From: Octopus sinensis
Lineage: Eukaryota
NCBI RefSeq assembly: GCF_006345805.1
Contig: NC_042999.1
Location: 111,042,001-111,106,000 of the forward strand
Length of the DNA: 64,000 nucleotides
Direction: 5' to 3'
Made by a program: the position numbers and the translations under genes. Below are positions 12,220 to 27,434 of the stretch, in pieces (within the stretch, counting starts at the first letter, position 1; every line of letters starts with the position of its first letter). The notes beneath the pieces are model-generated. The model ran no database searches, was not told the DNA's origin, and saw only the letters and a list, made by a program, of their open reading frames with translations.

Positions 12220-12484
12220 GTGTGTGCATTTGTGTCTGAGTGAACATATGTATATAAATACATGTATGCATTCGTATGCCAAAAACACTTGTATTTACAC
12301 AAAAATATGTAAAGATATACATCTCTCTCTATCTATTGATGTTATACACTTAACATGTACACATTGATGTTATACACTTAACATGTACACATGCAAACAT
12401 GCACGCACACACATGCATAAATGCTCACATACATACACACACACACACTCCCTCCCTCATTCACACACACGCACACACACACAT

Positions 12485-12517
<33 letters not shown>

Positions 12518-12695
12518 CACAAAGGAAACTAAAACATGTCTCAATTGTGTTTTCTAAATAGAAAAGAAAGGAAAAGAATTTGCCGTGTTAAATAATATAT
12601 TTATTAAAGAACTAAAAAAATGGCTATAAAGCTATAAAAGAATGTCTATGTATATATATATTCACACACACACTCACAGACATATGTATTCATAT

Positions 12696-12730
<35 letters not shown>

Positions 12731-13089
12731 TCTATATATAGATATAAGATCTATCTAAACATGAAACTTTCTACTAGGTACTGTACATATCTGCCACTTA
12801 AATTGAGGTAATGTCAAAGATATATAGAATTTGATGGTTTTTCACAGAAATCAATGTTCTAGGTGGTTGCTTGTTGCCAGTAAAAGACAACAATATACTT
12901 AATTGTGAATCGGTAGATATATGAAAAGAATTCTTGAACACAAAACAATTATTTAAGGTATTCAGTGCTTTTCAACAATAGTAAATCCATTGTATATGTC
13001 ATCTTCCTCGACCAACTTGGAATCACATACAAATGCCAAATTTTATACATACATACATACATACATATGTACACATATATGTGTGTGTG

Positions 13090-13107
13090 TGTGTGTGTAT
13101 GATATGC

Positions 13108-13149
<42 letters not shown>

Positions 13150-13375
13150 ACACACAGACATGTATATATATACATGCATATCTTTATTTATATATTTGTT
13201 AATTGTTGGCTTGTTCCTCTGTTATTTTTATTTTTATTTCTATTTTTTCAATTTGGATGTGTCTTTTTACAGCTGATTGTTATATATGTGTAGATATGTG
13301 CTTGTCTGTATACACATGCACTCACACACACATACACATAAACACACATGCACATACACACACAATACATAAACG

Positions 13376-13413
<38 letters not shown>

Positions 13414-13549
13414 GTGTGAGAGAGCAAAAGAGACATACAGAGGGTGAGCTAAAAAGATATCTAGAACATAACTTTCTATCTATTTTTCTCTGTTTTTCTC
13501 TCTCTCACTTTATGTATGTATATATATATATATGTATGTATGTATGTAC

Positions 13550-13589
<40 letters not shown>

Positions 13590-13595
13590 ATGATA

Positions 13596-13633
<38 letters not shown>

Positions 13634-14032
13634 ACACACAGACATGTATATATATACATGCATATCTTTATTTATATATTGTTAATTGTTGGCTTGTTCC
13701 TCTGTTATTTTTATTTTTATTTCTATTTTTTCAATTTGGATGTGTCTTTTTACAGCTGATTGTTATATATGTGTAGATATGTGCTTGTCTGTATACACAT
13801 GCACTCACACACACATACACATAAACACACATGCACATACACACACAATACATAAACGCACATATATATATATATTATATATATATATATATAAGTGTGT
13901 GAGAGAGCAAAAGAGACATACAGAGGGTGAGCTAAAAAGATATCTAGAACATAACTTTCTATCTATTTTTCTCTGTTTTTCTCTCTCTCACTTTATGTAT
14001 GTATATATATATATATGTATGTATGTATGTAC

Positions 14033-14074
<42 letters not shown>

Positions 14075-14075
14075 A
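13090..14075. repeat. Recent tandem duplication, period ~483 bp
   Basis: Non-microsatellite sequence is identical between ~13186-13510 and ~13669-13993 (near-identical ORFs at 13203 and 13686). Confidence 0.85.
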
Positions 14076-17000
14076 TATACACACACACACACACAGGCAC
14101 ACATATATATATATACCCTAGTTTACTTTTTAAGTATGTCCTCCGAAGAACAAATGAATATAAGCAAAGCAGACAACTTATGTGTATGCATTGCAATGGA
14201 ACAACACGAAACAGGTGATTATGGGAAATATAAATACATTTACTCTCATGTTCCTCTATTTTATGGAATACACCTAAAAATGGTTAAGAGATAAAGAAAG
14301 GAGAAAATATAAATAAAATTATTCAGTAATTGCAATTGAATCCAAATGGAAAAAATATGCACTTTTTAAATGCAATTTATACTTACTTTTCAGTTTTCAG
14401 TAAAAAAAATAATACATTTTTTTCTAGAAGAAAATATGGTTAAAAAATTCTTCATGAAAAAATCATGCCTATCAAAAAACACTTAAATTATTTTTTTGTC
14501 ATTATAATATATACTCTGTTTCAAACAATTTCACTCCATTTATATTTGTAATGCCATGAGGAAAGGTAAGATTGTCACTACTTCATATTGCCATTTTCTC
14601 TTCACGTCAAGAAAGGTAAAAAAATCACCAGAAGTAAGGAGTGGAACATGCATTTTCTTTTAAGTCAGACTGTCTCATGGTACCAGTAAACGAAATAAGC
14701 AAAACAAAAGTGCTTAGCAGCCAAATCTCTCTGAAATAATACCCAAAGAAGGACGTATTTGGTAACATAATTCTAAATATCCTTCTCTTTCCTCCTAAAT
14801 ATTTGAGATTGTCACAATTGGAATTTCTTTGATCACTTCTTTTGATGATTGATAAGTCCAATAAGGATTAGCTTGGATTTAAACAATTACTATTTCATTC
14901 CACTTGCATTTTTAATGTAATAGGGGAAATGAATGCTTGCCATTACATTGCATTTATATTTCATTTCTCTTATCATTTGTCATGTAATCAACAAAGGAAT
15001 GCTTGTCATTGTAGCACATCTACTATAGCCGGTTTTATTACACATAGATTGATAAGGATACAAAAGTTTTGTTATCATTCACTTATACTTCCCATCTCAT
15101 GAAGAAATGACTGCTTGCCCTTACTTCACATTTCTATTTCATTTTCATTATTAATCAGAAAGAGATTGTAAACCAAGCTAAATATGTTATGATATCAGAT
15201 GTGTTCTGTCCATCCATACAGATTTAGCCAAACAGTTACCACAGTTTTTGTTGTTATTGTTATTTAACCCTAGGTTATCCCTGGTCCAGGAGACCTATGA
15301 CTGAAAGAATTCCAGCTGTAACAATTTTTTCTTTTTAAGAAAGTGTATGTCGTATCATATTGTCTAATATTTCTTTCCATTTCTTAGGATTGTTAGGTGT
15401 GTAATTTGAGAGCAATTTGCCTGTTATTTTCAGCAGGGTGACTGACCATATAGAGGATCTCTTATTAATTCAAATAAGAAAACATTGTATCAAAGAATGG
15501 TGATTGGTGCAAAGGAATCTTGAGCCAACGCAATAGAAATCAACAAATAATGAGCGCTTGATATGACATTTAAATACATATCTATTGTACCTGATATCTT
15601 AAATGTGGAATTTTTCCCAGTCTATGCGATATTTCATTTGTAAGCACCCATAAGCATCAGTCACATTCAACCCCAAACCTTCATGCCATGTCAAATTATC
15701 TGTTCCTTATTTCAGTCAGTAAAATTGATAAAAAATATTTTTAGTACAACAGTTTTCTTGAAAAAAAGTTTTAATGATATTAACTTGTTAATCTAACACT
15801 AAATGTGCTTATAACATCTCTGTGATCCAGTGGCATCTAGAAACAGCAGCCAAAGCTTCTTTAAATCAGAATGAAAGATAGAATGTTCATGGCTGGAATT
15901 CTTTTCATCATACATCCACCCTGCTGCTAAACAACAACAATTGGCACTGAATTTCAATGAATTGGAATGCTTTTGTCTCTAATATGGTATGTCTCTTACA
16001 TTATCTAGGTGTGTTTAAATGTACTTGCATGTACATTGATACACATTTCTTATCACTGGAAGTTTATATATTTGACCTTTCTATTATTGAAGAATACATT
16101 ACTGTACATAAATGTATATGCAAGCTTTTACTGAGGTACTGCTGTCAGAAATACATCTCAGATAAGGACTGAACTCAGAACCTTTAGATTTATCGATAAG
16201 ATTAAATTAAGGAACTGATACTACATAATGCACTTTGACTATTAGATATTGGTTAACTGAATACACACACATACGAGTGCATGTATATATGTATGTGTGT
16301 ATGTAGCTGTTTGTCTGTTTATCTACCTATATCTATGTATATATTTATCTATATATATTTCTGTTGATTCACCAAGAAATGGTAAATTACAAACCCAATA
16401 CATAAATGTAGAGTATTCTTTTATAAGTTAAAATATATAACTCATAGTTTTCAGTACTCTGAGTTTTACAATTCTGGCCATTTAGTTGGTAATCTGAATT
16501 TGTTTTTTTCTTAAATTATCTGTTGTTTTAATATATATTGAAGTATTATGCAAAAATTGTCAAGGAAATGTTTATTTCTATGTTTTTTTAAAAATTAACT
16601 AAGTCATTCATATATAAATGCTGCTTCAAGCTCACATTTTTCATTTTATATCTGGCTTTTATAAGAATATCCGCAACATCTTAAACAAGAGCCATTCTGC
16701 TAAAAGTTGTCCCTCATGAAATTGTGATGCTTCATGTAAGTAATATAAGCAAATTTTGTAAACTCTTTGAAACCAAAGGTTTAACTAGGTCAAAATTCAA
16801 GGAGGCTGGTGGTGCATAGACAAATGATACTTAGCTCAGTGCATATAAGGTAGTAAGAATTCAGTTCATTGAAACACACACAAAAAAATAAATAAAATAC
16901 ATGCATAAATTTTGACAAAGCCACTGTACAGTTCTATCAGCACTGATAAATGAATGCTTGTGTTTATAAAATCAATTTTTGAAAGTCAATTGTGTTATCT

Positions 17001-17542
17001 CACTATATATTTTAATTTCATCTCTGTTACTTGTTTCTTCTTTAGCATCATATATCATCAGTTTTCCTGAATATTTGCCAGTTAGTGAGCAGTTCTCATG
17101 AATTCTGAAGTTATGTGATTGCTATTGGCCAGCTTTTTGCTTATCTTTTCTATTCAGCTTTGCAACATTATCAGCTGTGATACAAAAACACATATACATA
17201 TATATTACTTATACCACAGGCCCCTTTTAGTTTCTACCTGCCAAATCCACTCACAAGATTTTGGTCAGCCCAAGCCTATAGTAGAAGACACTTGCCCAAT
17301 GTGCCACACAGTGGGACTGAACCTAAAACCAAGTGATTAGGAAACAAGCTTCTTACCACACAGCCACACCTGCACTTAATTCATATATACACATAAAGGT
17401 TTCCAAATTTTGGCACAAGACCAGCAATTTTAGTGGGAGTGGGCTCATCAGTTACATTAATTCCAGTACTGGACTAGTGCTTTATTAGTTCCAATCCCAG
17501 AAGAATGAAAGGCAAATTCAACCTGAAAAAGATTTCAAGTCA

Positions 17543-17685
17543 GACCATAGACAGCCAGAAGAAATGCCAAAGACCATATACAGTCAGAAGAAATGCCAAC
17601 GACCATATACAGTCAGAAGAAATGCCATAAACCATAGACAGCCGTAGACCATAGGCCATAGATCATAGACAGCCAAAAGAAATGG
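17543..17685. repeat. 29-bp minisatellite expanded inside a family-B SINE
   Basis: GACCATA(G/T)ACAG(C/T)CAGAAGAAATGCCAA repeated ~3.5 times, then partial units. Confidence 0.75.
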
Positions 17686-18441
17686 TAATAAACATTTTGT
17701 CTGATGTGCTAACAATTAGGCCAGCTCACCACCTTATGTATCTACTTAAAAAGTACCTATTCACACTTGCATTTATCTATATTCTTTTATTGTTTTACTT
17801 CCCTTCTACATGTTTCAGTCATTTGACTGTGGCCATGCTGGAGCACTGCCCTTTAGTCAAGCAAATCGTCCCCAGGACTTATTCTTCGTATCCTTAGTAC
17901 TTATTCCATCGGTCTCTTTTGCTGAACCGCTAAGTTATGGGGACCAGCATTGGTTGTCAAGAAATGTTGCGGGGACAAAGACACACACATATACACATAC
18001 ATACATACATATACATACACACACACACACACACATATACAACGAGCTTCTTTCAGCCACTTATGTGATAGTTCAATGAACTAGCTGACAGAGCAACTGC
18101 ATATTTTTCATTGAAATCCACAGAAATCCATTTATATGATATGTATGTAGATATATATATATATATATATAGGTAGACATATATATATATATACACACAC
18201 ACATAGATATATATACATATTCATATACATATAGGTAGGTAGCTATATCCAAATCTATAGATATATGAGTGGATGCATTCATAAATCTTTTGGTGTGTCT
18301 CAGTGACACAACTATTGAACACTTTGTGAATGTATCATTGATTTGTATTACTGTATTCGAAAACACCATGATTTCTCAAAAGCATTTTATCTATTTAGCT
18401 AATATGCATTTGTGTGGATATGTATATATAAATACATATAT

Positions 18442-18480
<39 letters not shown>

Positions 18481-19298
18481 TATATACAAACATACATACA
18501 CACATGTGTGTGTATGTATATATATATCTATATCTATATATATATATATATGTATATAGATATGGGTATATAATAGATGACATATTTATGTCATCCATTG
18601 TCTCATTTCCATTTTACAGTTACTTTCCTTTGTTTCTTTCATGTTTCTTTCTTTTTTATTTCTTTATTACTTTCCTTCTTTATTTTTCTATATCTTATTC
18701 TCCTTTTTTAACCAAACAGGTTTTTCACCAAGAACTGTTTATGGTGCTCTTTTATAGAAAAGTTAAGAGCTTCCGTAAAGTTATTAAGTGGATTAACAGC
18801 TTTACTCTTCAAGCCATCTATCCAAAAACCCTCCAATGACTTACACATGCATGCACACACACATACACACACACAAACAAACACACTCACACATACATTT
18901 AAACATACACCATGAATATATATGAACAGTCACAGACACACAAACACACACATACATGAACTCAAACACACATAGACACACCAGAGGAAAGTTTTAGAAT
19001 TCAATAGATATCTCCCAATATGAAATTTGCCATTCAAATTTTCTAATCTTCATTTCTTCATTTATTTGTTTATGTATGTATGTATGTATTTATTTGTTTA
19101 TTTACTTCTCTACATTCTGGGGTTTTCGTTTTATCTGTGTATATTTCCATCTGTGCATATCTATATGCGTGTGGGTGTGCATGTGTAAAGTTGTATGTTC
19201 ATACCGAAATATATAACAAAGATATAAATATATATACATATATATATGTATACATATATATATACATATATATATGTATACATATGGATATGTATATA

Positions 19299-19392
<94 letters not shown>

Positions 19393-19597
19393 TATATGTA
19401 TACATATATATATGTTTGTATATGTATGTACATATATGTATATACATGTATATATATATGTATACATATGGATATGTATATATGCATATATATATATATA
19501 TACATATATATATACATACACATAAATGCATATATATATATTTATATTTATATATAAGCATATATATACAAAGATATAAATATATATACATATATAT

Positions 19598-19675
<78 letters not shown>

Positions 19676-20164
19676 TAGAATATATATATGTATACATCAT
19701 CATTACCATCATTTAACGTCTGCTTTCCATGCCAGCATGGGTTGGACAGTTTGACTGAAAACTGGTAAGCAAGGAGGCTGCACCAGGCTCCAGTCTGATT
19801 TGACAAGGTTTCTACACCTAGGTGTCCTTCCTAGCGACAACTACTCCCAGAGTGCAGCAGGTGCTTTTACATGCCACTGGCAAGGGAGCCAGTCAGGTGA
19901 CACTGGCATTGGCCATGCTCAAATAGTGTTTCTTCCGTATATTAGTATATATATATATATATGTATAGGAATATATATATGGGTGTGTGTGCATGTGTGT
20001 GTATGTATACATATATATATATGTATATATATATATTATATATATATATATATATATATGAAAAAACAAGTCAAAAATAGAAAATGCTAAGATAATTTTA
20101 TAGTGAATCTTTCTCATATATATCAACTCGTGTGTTCCTTTCCACCCTTATATATATATATATA

Positions 20165-20263
<99 letters not shown>

Positions 20264-20574
20264 TATATATATACATATATATATCATAATTGTTTAATAT
20301 CTGCAATCCATGCTGGCATGGGTTGGACAGTTTGACTGAGGACTGGCAAGCCACATGGCTGCACCAGATTGCAGTCTGATTTGGCAAGGTTTCTACAGTT
20401 GGATGCTATTCCTAACGCCATCCACTCCAAGAGTGTAGTGGCTGCTTTTATGGTGTCACTGACATAGGAGCCAGTCAGGCAGCACTGGCATCGGCCATGC
20501 TTGAAGTATATATATATATATAATGGATAATAAAACGAATTGTTTACACTGGGTAGCTTACTGGTAAAGCACGG

Positions 20575-20614
20575 TCACTTTCAGATGCTAGATGTGTCGA
20601 AACAATTGTCGTGA
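20575..20614 (+). ncRNA. Degenerate minimal hammerhead (PLE pLTR type)
   Basis: TCAC-TTTCAGA-..GTC-GAAAC-AATT-GTC-GTGA followed by AATAAA-rich sequence. Stem I, palindromic stem III and GUC are intact; the core is mutated. Confidence 0.5.
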
Positions 20615-20686
20615 TTAATAATAAATAAATAATAAATAAATTCTTGTATACTCCATCTTCTGTTCTTCATTTGCTATGTATATATG

Positions 20687-20724
<38 letters not shown>

Positions 20725-20756
20725 CACATACACACATACATATACCCATGCAGATA

Positions 20757-20796
<40 letters not shown>

Positions 20797-21116
20797 ATTA
20801 CATATCTATGCTCAAAATATGCATACAGAGACACTGACACACAGATATATGGAATATGCGACAAATAAGTAAACAAATATAGTCATACATATAAATATGT
20901 TCCCCTAATTGCCTATATTTCTGTATGGGTTCCTACTCTTAGCACTTATACATTTATGTATATGCTTGTATATCTATTGATCTAATCACACATTTCTATG
21001 CATATAATGATTTTTTTACTTTGCATTTTTTATGTAGACAGTTCTCAGATATACATGTTTTTTACATAGCATTTTATATGTACAAGTATTTATATGTGTG
21101 TGTGTGTATGTGTACG

Positions 21117-21148
<32 letters not shown>

Positions 21149-21281
21149 CATATATGATACATATATGTCCGTGTGTATGGTGTGATATATATATATCTTC
21201 ATATATATATATATGTCTGCATGTGTATATATGAATATATACAAACACACACACACACACATACATATATATACATATATG

Positions 21282-21321
<40 letters not shown>

Positions 21322-22160
21322 CGTATATTTATCTATATGTATATATATATGTAAATATATATTTATATATATATCGATCTCTCTATCAATCTAACTATGT
21401 ATAGATGTGTGTTTGTTTGTAATTGTATATATGTATGTGTATATATGTATATATATGCTCTCACAGTGACACAAACATGTACATTTACAGACACATATAC
21501 ATACACACACAGATATACAGAACGCATATGCACACAGACATATGATACATATACGCACAGTTATTTTGTTTTTGTTCCCATTCTCATCTCTGCATAAGAA
21601 GACAAATTAAAGAGACGTTGCAAGAAAACTAGTTGAACAATTAATATAGTGATGCCACTTTCTATACTATATTACACTGATGCACATGCAGAAATGAATG
21701 CACAGTTGCACATGAATGAATTTATTTCTGACATTCAGAAACATTGTCACTCTGATCTCTAGAATTTCTAGAATATTCTGTTGATTCTTGATTCTTTTTG
21801 ACTTGGCATAGTTTAGATATTTGTAATGTGTAATGAGTATAATTGATTAAATTGATCTTAAAGTTGTTGTTGTATTAGTTGTTATTGTTATTTAGCCCAA
21901 GGTGATCCGTAATTGAACAGATATCTTTCCAATAGCGTTCCAACCATGACCATACTGTTTTTTTTTATAAATGAAATTTTTTTGAAAATTTATGCATCGA
22001 GAACACTATTAGAAAATAAATTTTTTTTTTATCGGTATTGATATCGTTGGTAAGGCAGCAAGCTGGCAGAATCGTTAGCATGCCATGTTATTTGAGGGAG
22101 ATTTATCTAGTATTTTGCAGAAGTTGAGTTGAATGTTTAGCCAGCTGACATCCCCACCAA

Positions 22161-22290
22161 TATTACTTTAAAAGACCATAAGTCAAATTTTCTTAACTAA
22201 CCCTAAATGCAGACTTAATCCAGCTAAAAGTGAATTAGGTAGATTTAGTTAAGTTGTCTTTGATACCATTAATATTGACTTGTTAAGGTT
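22161..22290 (+). mobile_element. Penelope-like element RT N-terminal fragment
   Basis: ITLKDHKSNFLN*P/KCRLNPAKSELGRFS*VVFDTIN matches the ITLKDHK.NF...PKCRLINPAKSELG motif of marine-invertebrate PLE-type RTs (from recall). Confidence 0.6.
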
Positions 22291-24773
22291 ATCCCTACAG
22301 ATATTCTATAGAAATTCTAACCAACACCAACTTTTGTTACGTTGTTTCATATCCAAGATATCAGATGTAAACAAACAATGGGATCAAAGATGAAAATAGG
22401 GTAAACGACGTATATGCCACATTTCGGGAATTTTTGCTTCTCCATCAGTACCCATCTAACCTCTCAATCATCCAGAAACACATTGCTTAAATAACAAGAA
22501 GAAAAAGTCAGTGTTGGCTATCATTTTTATAGGATGTCTGTACAGATAACCATAACAAGTGATGTAAAACACACTACTAACACAGTAGGACATGCTATTG
22601 ACTTATAAAAGCATTAAATATACTTTTTAGTATATTATGATTGCATAACAAAATTTTGAGTCCTTAATTATAATTGTAATTGATACTATTATAAATCTCT
22701 CTATATAAATTCATCTTTATAAGGCTATATTATATGCTGGCCACTGATAAAATTTTTTAACAGTTTTATCCATTTTATTATTATTATAAATATTATAATT
22801 ATAATTATAATTATTATCATTATATCATCATCATCATCATCATCATCATTTAATGTCCGTTTTCCATGCTGGCATAGGTTGGATGATTCAACTTGGGTCT
22901 GGGAAGCCAGGAGGCTGCACCAGGGCTCAATCTGATCTCGCAGTGTTTCTACAGCTCGATACCCTTCCTAATGCCAACCACTCTGAGAGTGTAGTGGGAG
23001 CTTTTTACGTGCCACCGGCACAAGGGGCCAGAGGAGCTGGCATCGACCATGATTGGATGATTCTTTTCATGTGCCACCGGCACAGAAGCCAAGTCAAGGC
23101 GGCACTGGCATTGGCCACGTTTGGATGGTGCTTTTTATGTGCTACCGGCATGGGGCTCACAACTACAATTTCCATTTGATTTGATTTTGATTATGCTGAT
23201 GTACTTAACTTGGCATTGGCAACATTCAGATGGTGTTTTTTACATGCTACTGGCATGTTTATTTATATATTTTTATATATATATTGCATCATACTTGCTA
23301 TCATAGACAGCTTCTAAAAGAAAATTATGTTGTTGATAAAATATATAAATACAAATCTAGAATGGTAGAATGGGGAAATTGTGAAAGAATTAAATTAGAA
23401 ACCATATGGTATTTGTTCCCACTCCTTAGTTTCTGAATTTTTGGGTAGTTTACACTTCTCCTGCCACCAAGCTTAAAAATACCATTTGTTCTTTGGGTAG
23501 CTTTTCTGGAGTTCAATCTGGTGTAAGTATTCAGGATGGATCTCTACTTTTGAGAATAACTTCCGCCAAATGGTCAGGGAGGCTGAGGAAAAGTAAAGGC
23601 AATCAGCATTGCCATTTCTTCTCCTACCAGTTGAAAAAATAAAAACAAAAGTTGGTAGGAGTTCAACATGAACATCAACAACATTCATTTTACCAATGTA
23701 AAAGGATCTACAAAGGTCATGTGTACTATCTCTGTTCTGGAATAACTTTTATAAAAAGTGTAAAGGATAATTATAGTAAAAAATGTCAATACTTTATATG
23801 CATATATATCTATAGATGCAGAAGCACTTACACATGAACACACAGACACACATACATGAACAAAAACACAGACACATCACTTATATTAATATAGTTTACA
23901 TAATGTAACGTACATATTATGTAATATCTGCTTTGGACTGCATGAACATGTATACACATACACAGACACAAACATGGAAATACACATAACACATGTGTAT
24001 ATGCATCACCTATATATGTGTGTCTGCATATGTGCATATATATATGTGTGTGTGTATGTATGCATGTATGTATGCATGTATGTATGCATGTATGTATGTA
24101 TATATATAATGTGTGTATGTCTGTGTGTGTGTATATATGTATGTGTGTATTAATATATATATATATATATACACACACATATATATACATACATATATAT
24201 ATATACATACATATATATATACATATATGTATTTACATATATAGATAGATATACATATATATATATACATATAAATATATATACATATATATATACATAC
24301 ATATATATATATACATATATATACATACATATATATATATATACATATATATATGCATATATATAAATACATATCTATCTATATATAAATACACATAAAT
24401 ATATATATATATTTATGTTTGTATGTATATATGTAGAGGTACAGCCCCAAACATATGTATATATAGATATACATATACATATACACGCATAAATGTGTGT
24501 TTGTACGTGTGTGCTTGTGTATGTGTATGTAATATAATATACCTTTAATGAAATAGACACACTGTAATTATGGAATTACATCTGACTGAGAAATATACTG
24601 CCTCCAGAAATATCCATCAAACTCTTTCACTAACTTTAAATATTTCTTTGCATCAATATATTTACATAGTATGTTCTTTTTTAATTACCACTCAGAAATA
24701 CAGGAGTACAAATATCATTCAATCATGCTTATGCATATACAATCACACATACATATATACACACTCACATGCT

Positions 24774-24804
<31 letters not shown>

Positions 24805-26837
24805 GCATGCACTTACATACACACATATATACATATGCATATATATACATATATGTGTATACATTTATGTGTGCATATATATATAGTTATTTATTTATAT
24901 ATATATAAATACTTACATGTATAGGAGACACAGACATTAACTACATGATATCAGAGAGCAAAAAATATTCATTCTGCAAAAAATGAAACAACTATTATCT
25001 ATTAAGAATTAAGAAAGGATGAAAATATGAAGCAACAAACAAAACAGAAAATCATCCAAATAAAATTTGCTATCTTTTGATTGGGGATTAGCAAGGTACT
25101 TCATTTAGGGTTAATTATACAAAATATGACTTAACCTTTTATTATCAACGTCACTTCTTTCCTTCTATGAAATAGAAATTAGATAGCTATTATTGTTTTT
25201 TTTAATTAATCCATCATCACCGTCGTCGTCATCATCATCATTATCATCATCGTCGTCATCATCATTCTACTACTATCACTGCTACTACTACTACTACTAC
25301 TAAAACACACGCACACACATACACACACACAATCTAAATAAGAAGGCAATGAAAAACTTTAACACATCTATAATGATCAGTTACAATTGTTTCTGTACCA
25401 ATTCTGCCTTCATGCCAGTTCACACAAGTGTTCCAAGTGAAAATTTACATAATTGTGGTTTTAGAGATTACAGTGGCACTTTATCAGACCTGCATCAAAG
25501 GCGCACTTCCAGAATCTTATATATCTATATACTACTAAAACTCTCTGATTGCTTGTTTGCTTTCTTATCTGTCATTTAATACAGCCAAACTGGCACAGAA
25601 CGGGAAAATCCTATGAATTGAAGAACCCCTGAAATGTGAATATAAATGGAATAAATCAAGTTTAGCATAAATCGGACTACAGATTCCTGAGATATGGGTG
25701 GTGGTGTGTATTCATAAATACCCAAAACGGTGCATAATGGGGGAAATACTCTGAAAATAATATAACCCTGAAAGGTAAGAAACTCTAACCTTTCGATTAG
25801 AGATATGATCAATGTCTTCTGTATTTTGAAGACAAACTTCACGACCTGGGCATAAGTTTTAGTGACTTTAACTTGCCAACGAAAAAAATACGAGTTGTTT
25901 TTACAACAAATGTTTCTATTTTTCACTTTTGTTAAACACAATATTTTAATCATTTAGAAATAGTGAATGTGATTTCAAAAATACAAGTTGTTTGCACAGT
26001 ACGTACAAATTTATATCTTAGCTTTCATTAAACAGACAATATACTAACTTTTAAAAAAATTATTTTCAAAATATTTTTTTGACATATTTGAAAAATATTT
26101 TCAAGTGAGAAATGACTTTAAAAAATACAAACTGGGTATATACTTCATAAAGAATCCGTTCGTACCACAGTGTGAAATAGTTTTTATCCACATGTTTTTT
26201 CGAGTGCATTCAACGTATCTGACCTCCAAACCCGCCACAAGCCACTTTCTTCCTGAAAAGAAAAGGGTGGAGGGGTGGTGGGGATCTCGGAATTTCTTGG
26301 GAAACTCTGAGTTTCCCACTAACGGAGTTTTATTTCGTGGGTTTCTTTCTTTTCCAAGTTATTTCGAATGCTTTCAACGAATGTGACATCGAAATCACAC
26401 GTAAACGGCTCCTTTCCCCAGAAAAGGAAGAATTTGACTGCTATTTCTCGCACACCGTGCTTCCACGAAACAGCTATTTCAGGTCCTTTATCGCAAAAAG
26501 CAGTTACTTAATAGCAAGGCATGCTAGAACTAGCAGGCAAATCTTACCTTTTCTGAGGTTGATTTCTTCAACTAAAGACGGTGCTCCAGCATGGCCGCGA
26601 TCAAATGACTGAAAGAAGTAAAATAAAAAAATATATATATTGTGAATATATACAGGTGTGGTAAGAAGCTTGCTTCCCAACCACATAGTTCCGAGTTCCG
26701 GTGTGCTAGAAATAGCAGCCAAATCCTTGGGCGTGTGTCTTCTACTATAGCCTCAAGATGACCAAAGCCTTGTGAGTGGATTTAGTAGAAGGAAACTGAA
26801 AAAAGCCCGTTTATACACACACACACACACATATGTA

Positions 26838-26875
<38 letters not shown>

Positions 26876-27036
26876 TTAGCTGAGTTAGAGGTTAAAATAA
26901 CCGTCTAAGGAATAGAAGTATTCATTACACTACCGGTATATTACCTATGTTTAACCATGGGCATACATATGCAAGCATATTATGCTCATAAATTATAGGT
27001 AAAGACAAGGATAAACATGAGTTTATCAAGCATCAA

Positions 27037-27434
27037 AATTTAAGGAAGACAGGAAATGGAGAAATATCGATGAAAAACAATGACTTACATCAATTATTGT
27101 TTATTGACTCAATATAAAGAAACTGCAATTATTATTTAATTACAGCTGTTTCTGCTTCCAATGTTGTATGGTTTTGCCATTGATATGCTAAAAATATTTA
27201 TCATTTTTAGTAATAAAGCCAATCTGAAACATGAAGCTTGGTCAGAGTGAATCGTAAATAAAGAGCATAGAGAAGAAACAGGGGAAAGTTGGATATGGTT
27301 GTAATCATACCATTTTACTTGTGTATCTCTTTGGGACGTTAAGTAAATCTATATGTATTGAATTAATAAATACTAATTAATGTAAGTTAATTGTCGTTCA
27401 TCGATATTTCTCCATTTTCTGTCTTCTCTAAATT
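27037..27434. repeat. ~60-bp inverted repeat enclosing a hammerhead 3' half
   Basis: 27037-27095 AATTTAAGGAAGACAGGAAATGGAGAAATATCGATGAAAAACAATGACTTACATCAATTA matches the reverse complement of 27374-27434. Minus-strand GAAAC-AGCT-GTA lies within 27140-27154. Confidence 0.7.

Larger units (their letters stand above)
19700..23240 (-). mobile_element. Three copies of an RTE-tail-type SINE, family E (19700-19925, 20295-20505, 22845-23240); intervening sequence not included
   Basis: Shared CATCATTTAA(C/T)GTC..TTTCCATGC..GCATGGGTTGGAC..GGCTGCACCAG; also 6525-6720 and tails at 5810-6015 and 57280-57420. Confidence 0.6.

Noticed and set aside
14135-14214. Possible 80-nt exon (AG...CAG/GTGATT); HUH-Rep-like look of CIAMEQHETG
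   Set aside because: Weak splice sites, no partner exons and no HxH motif.
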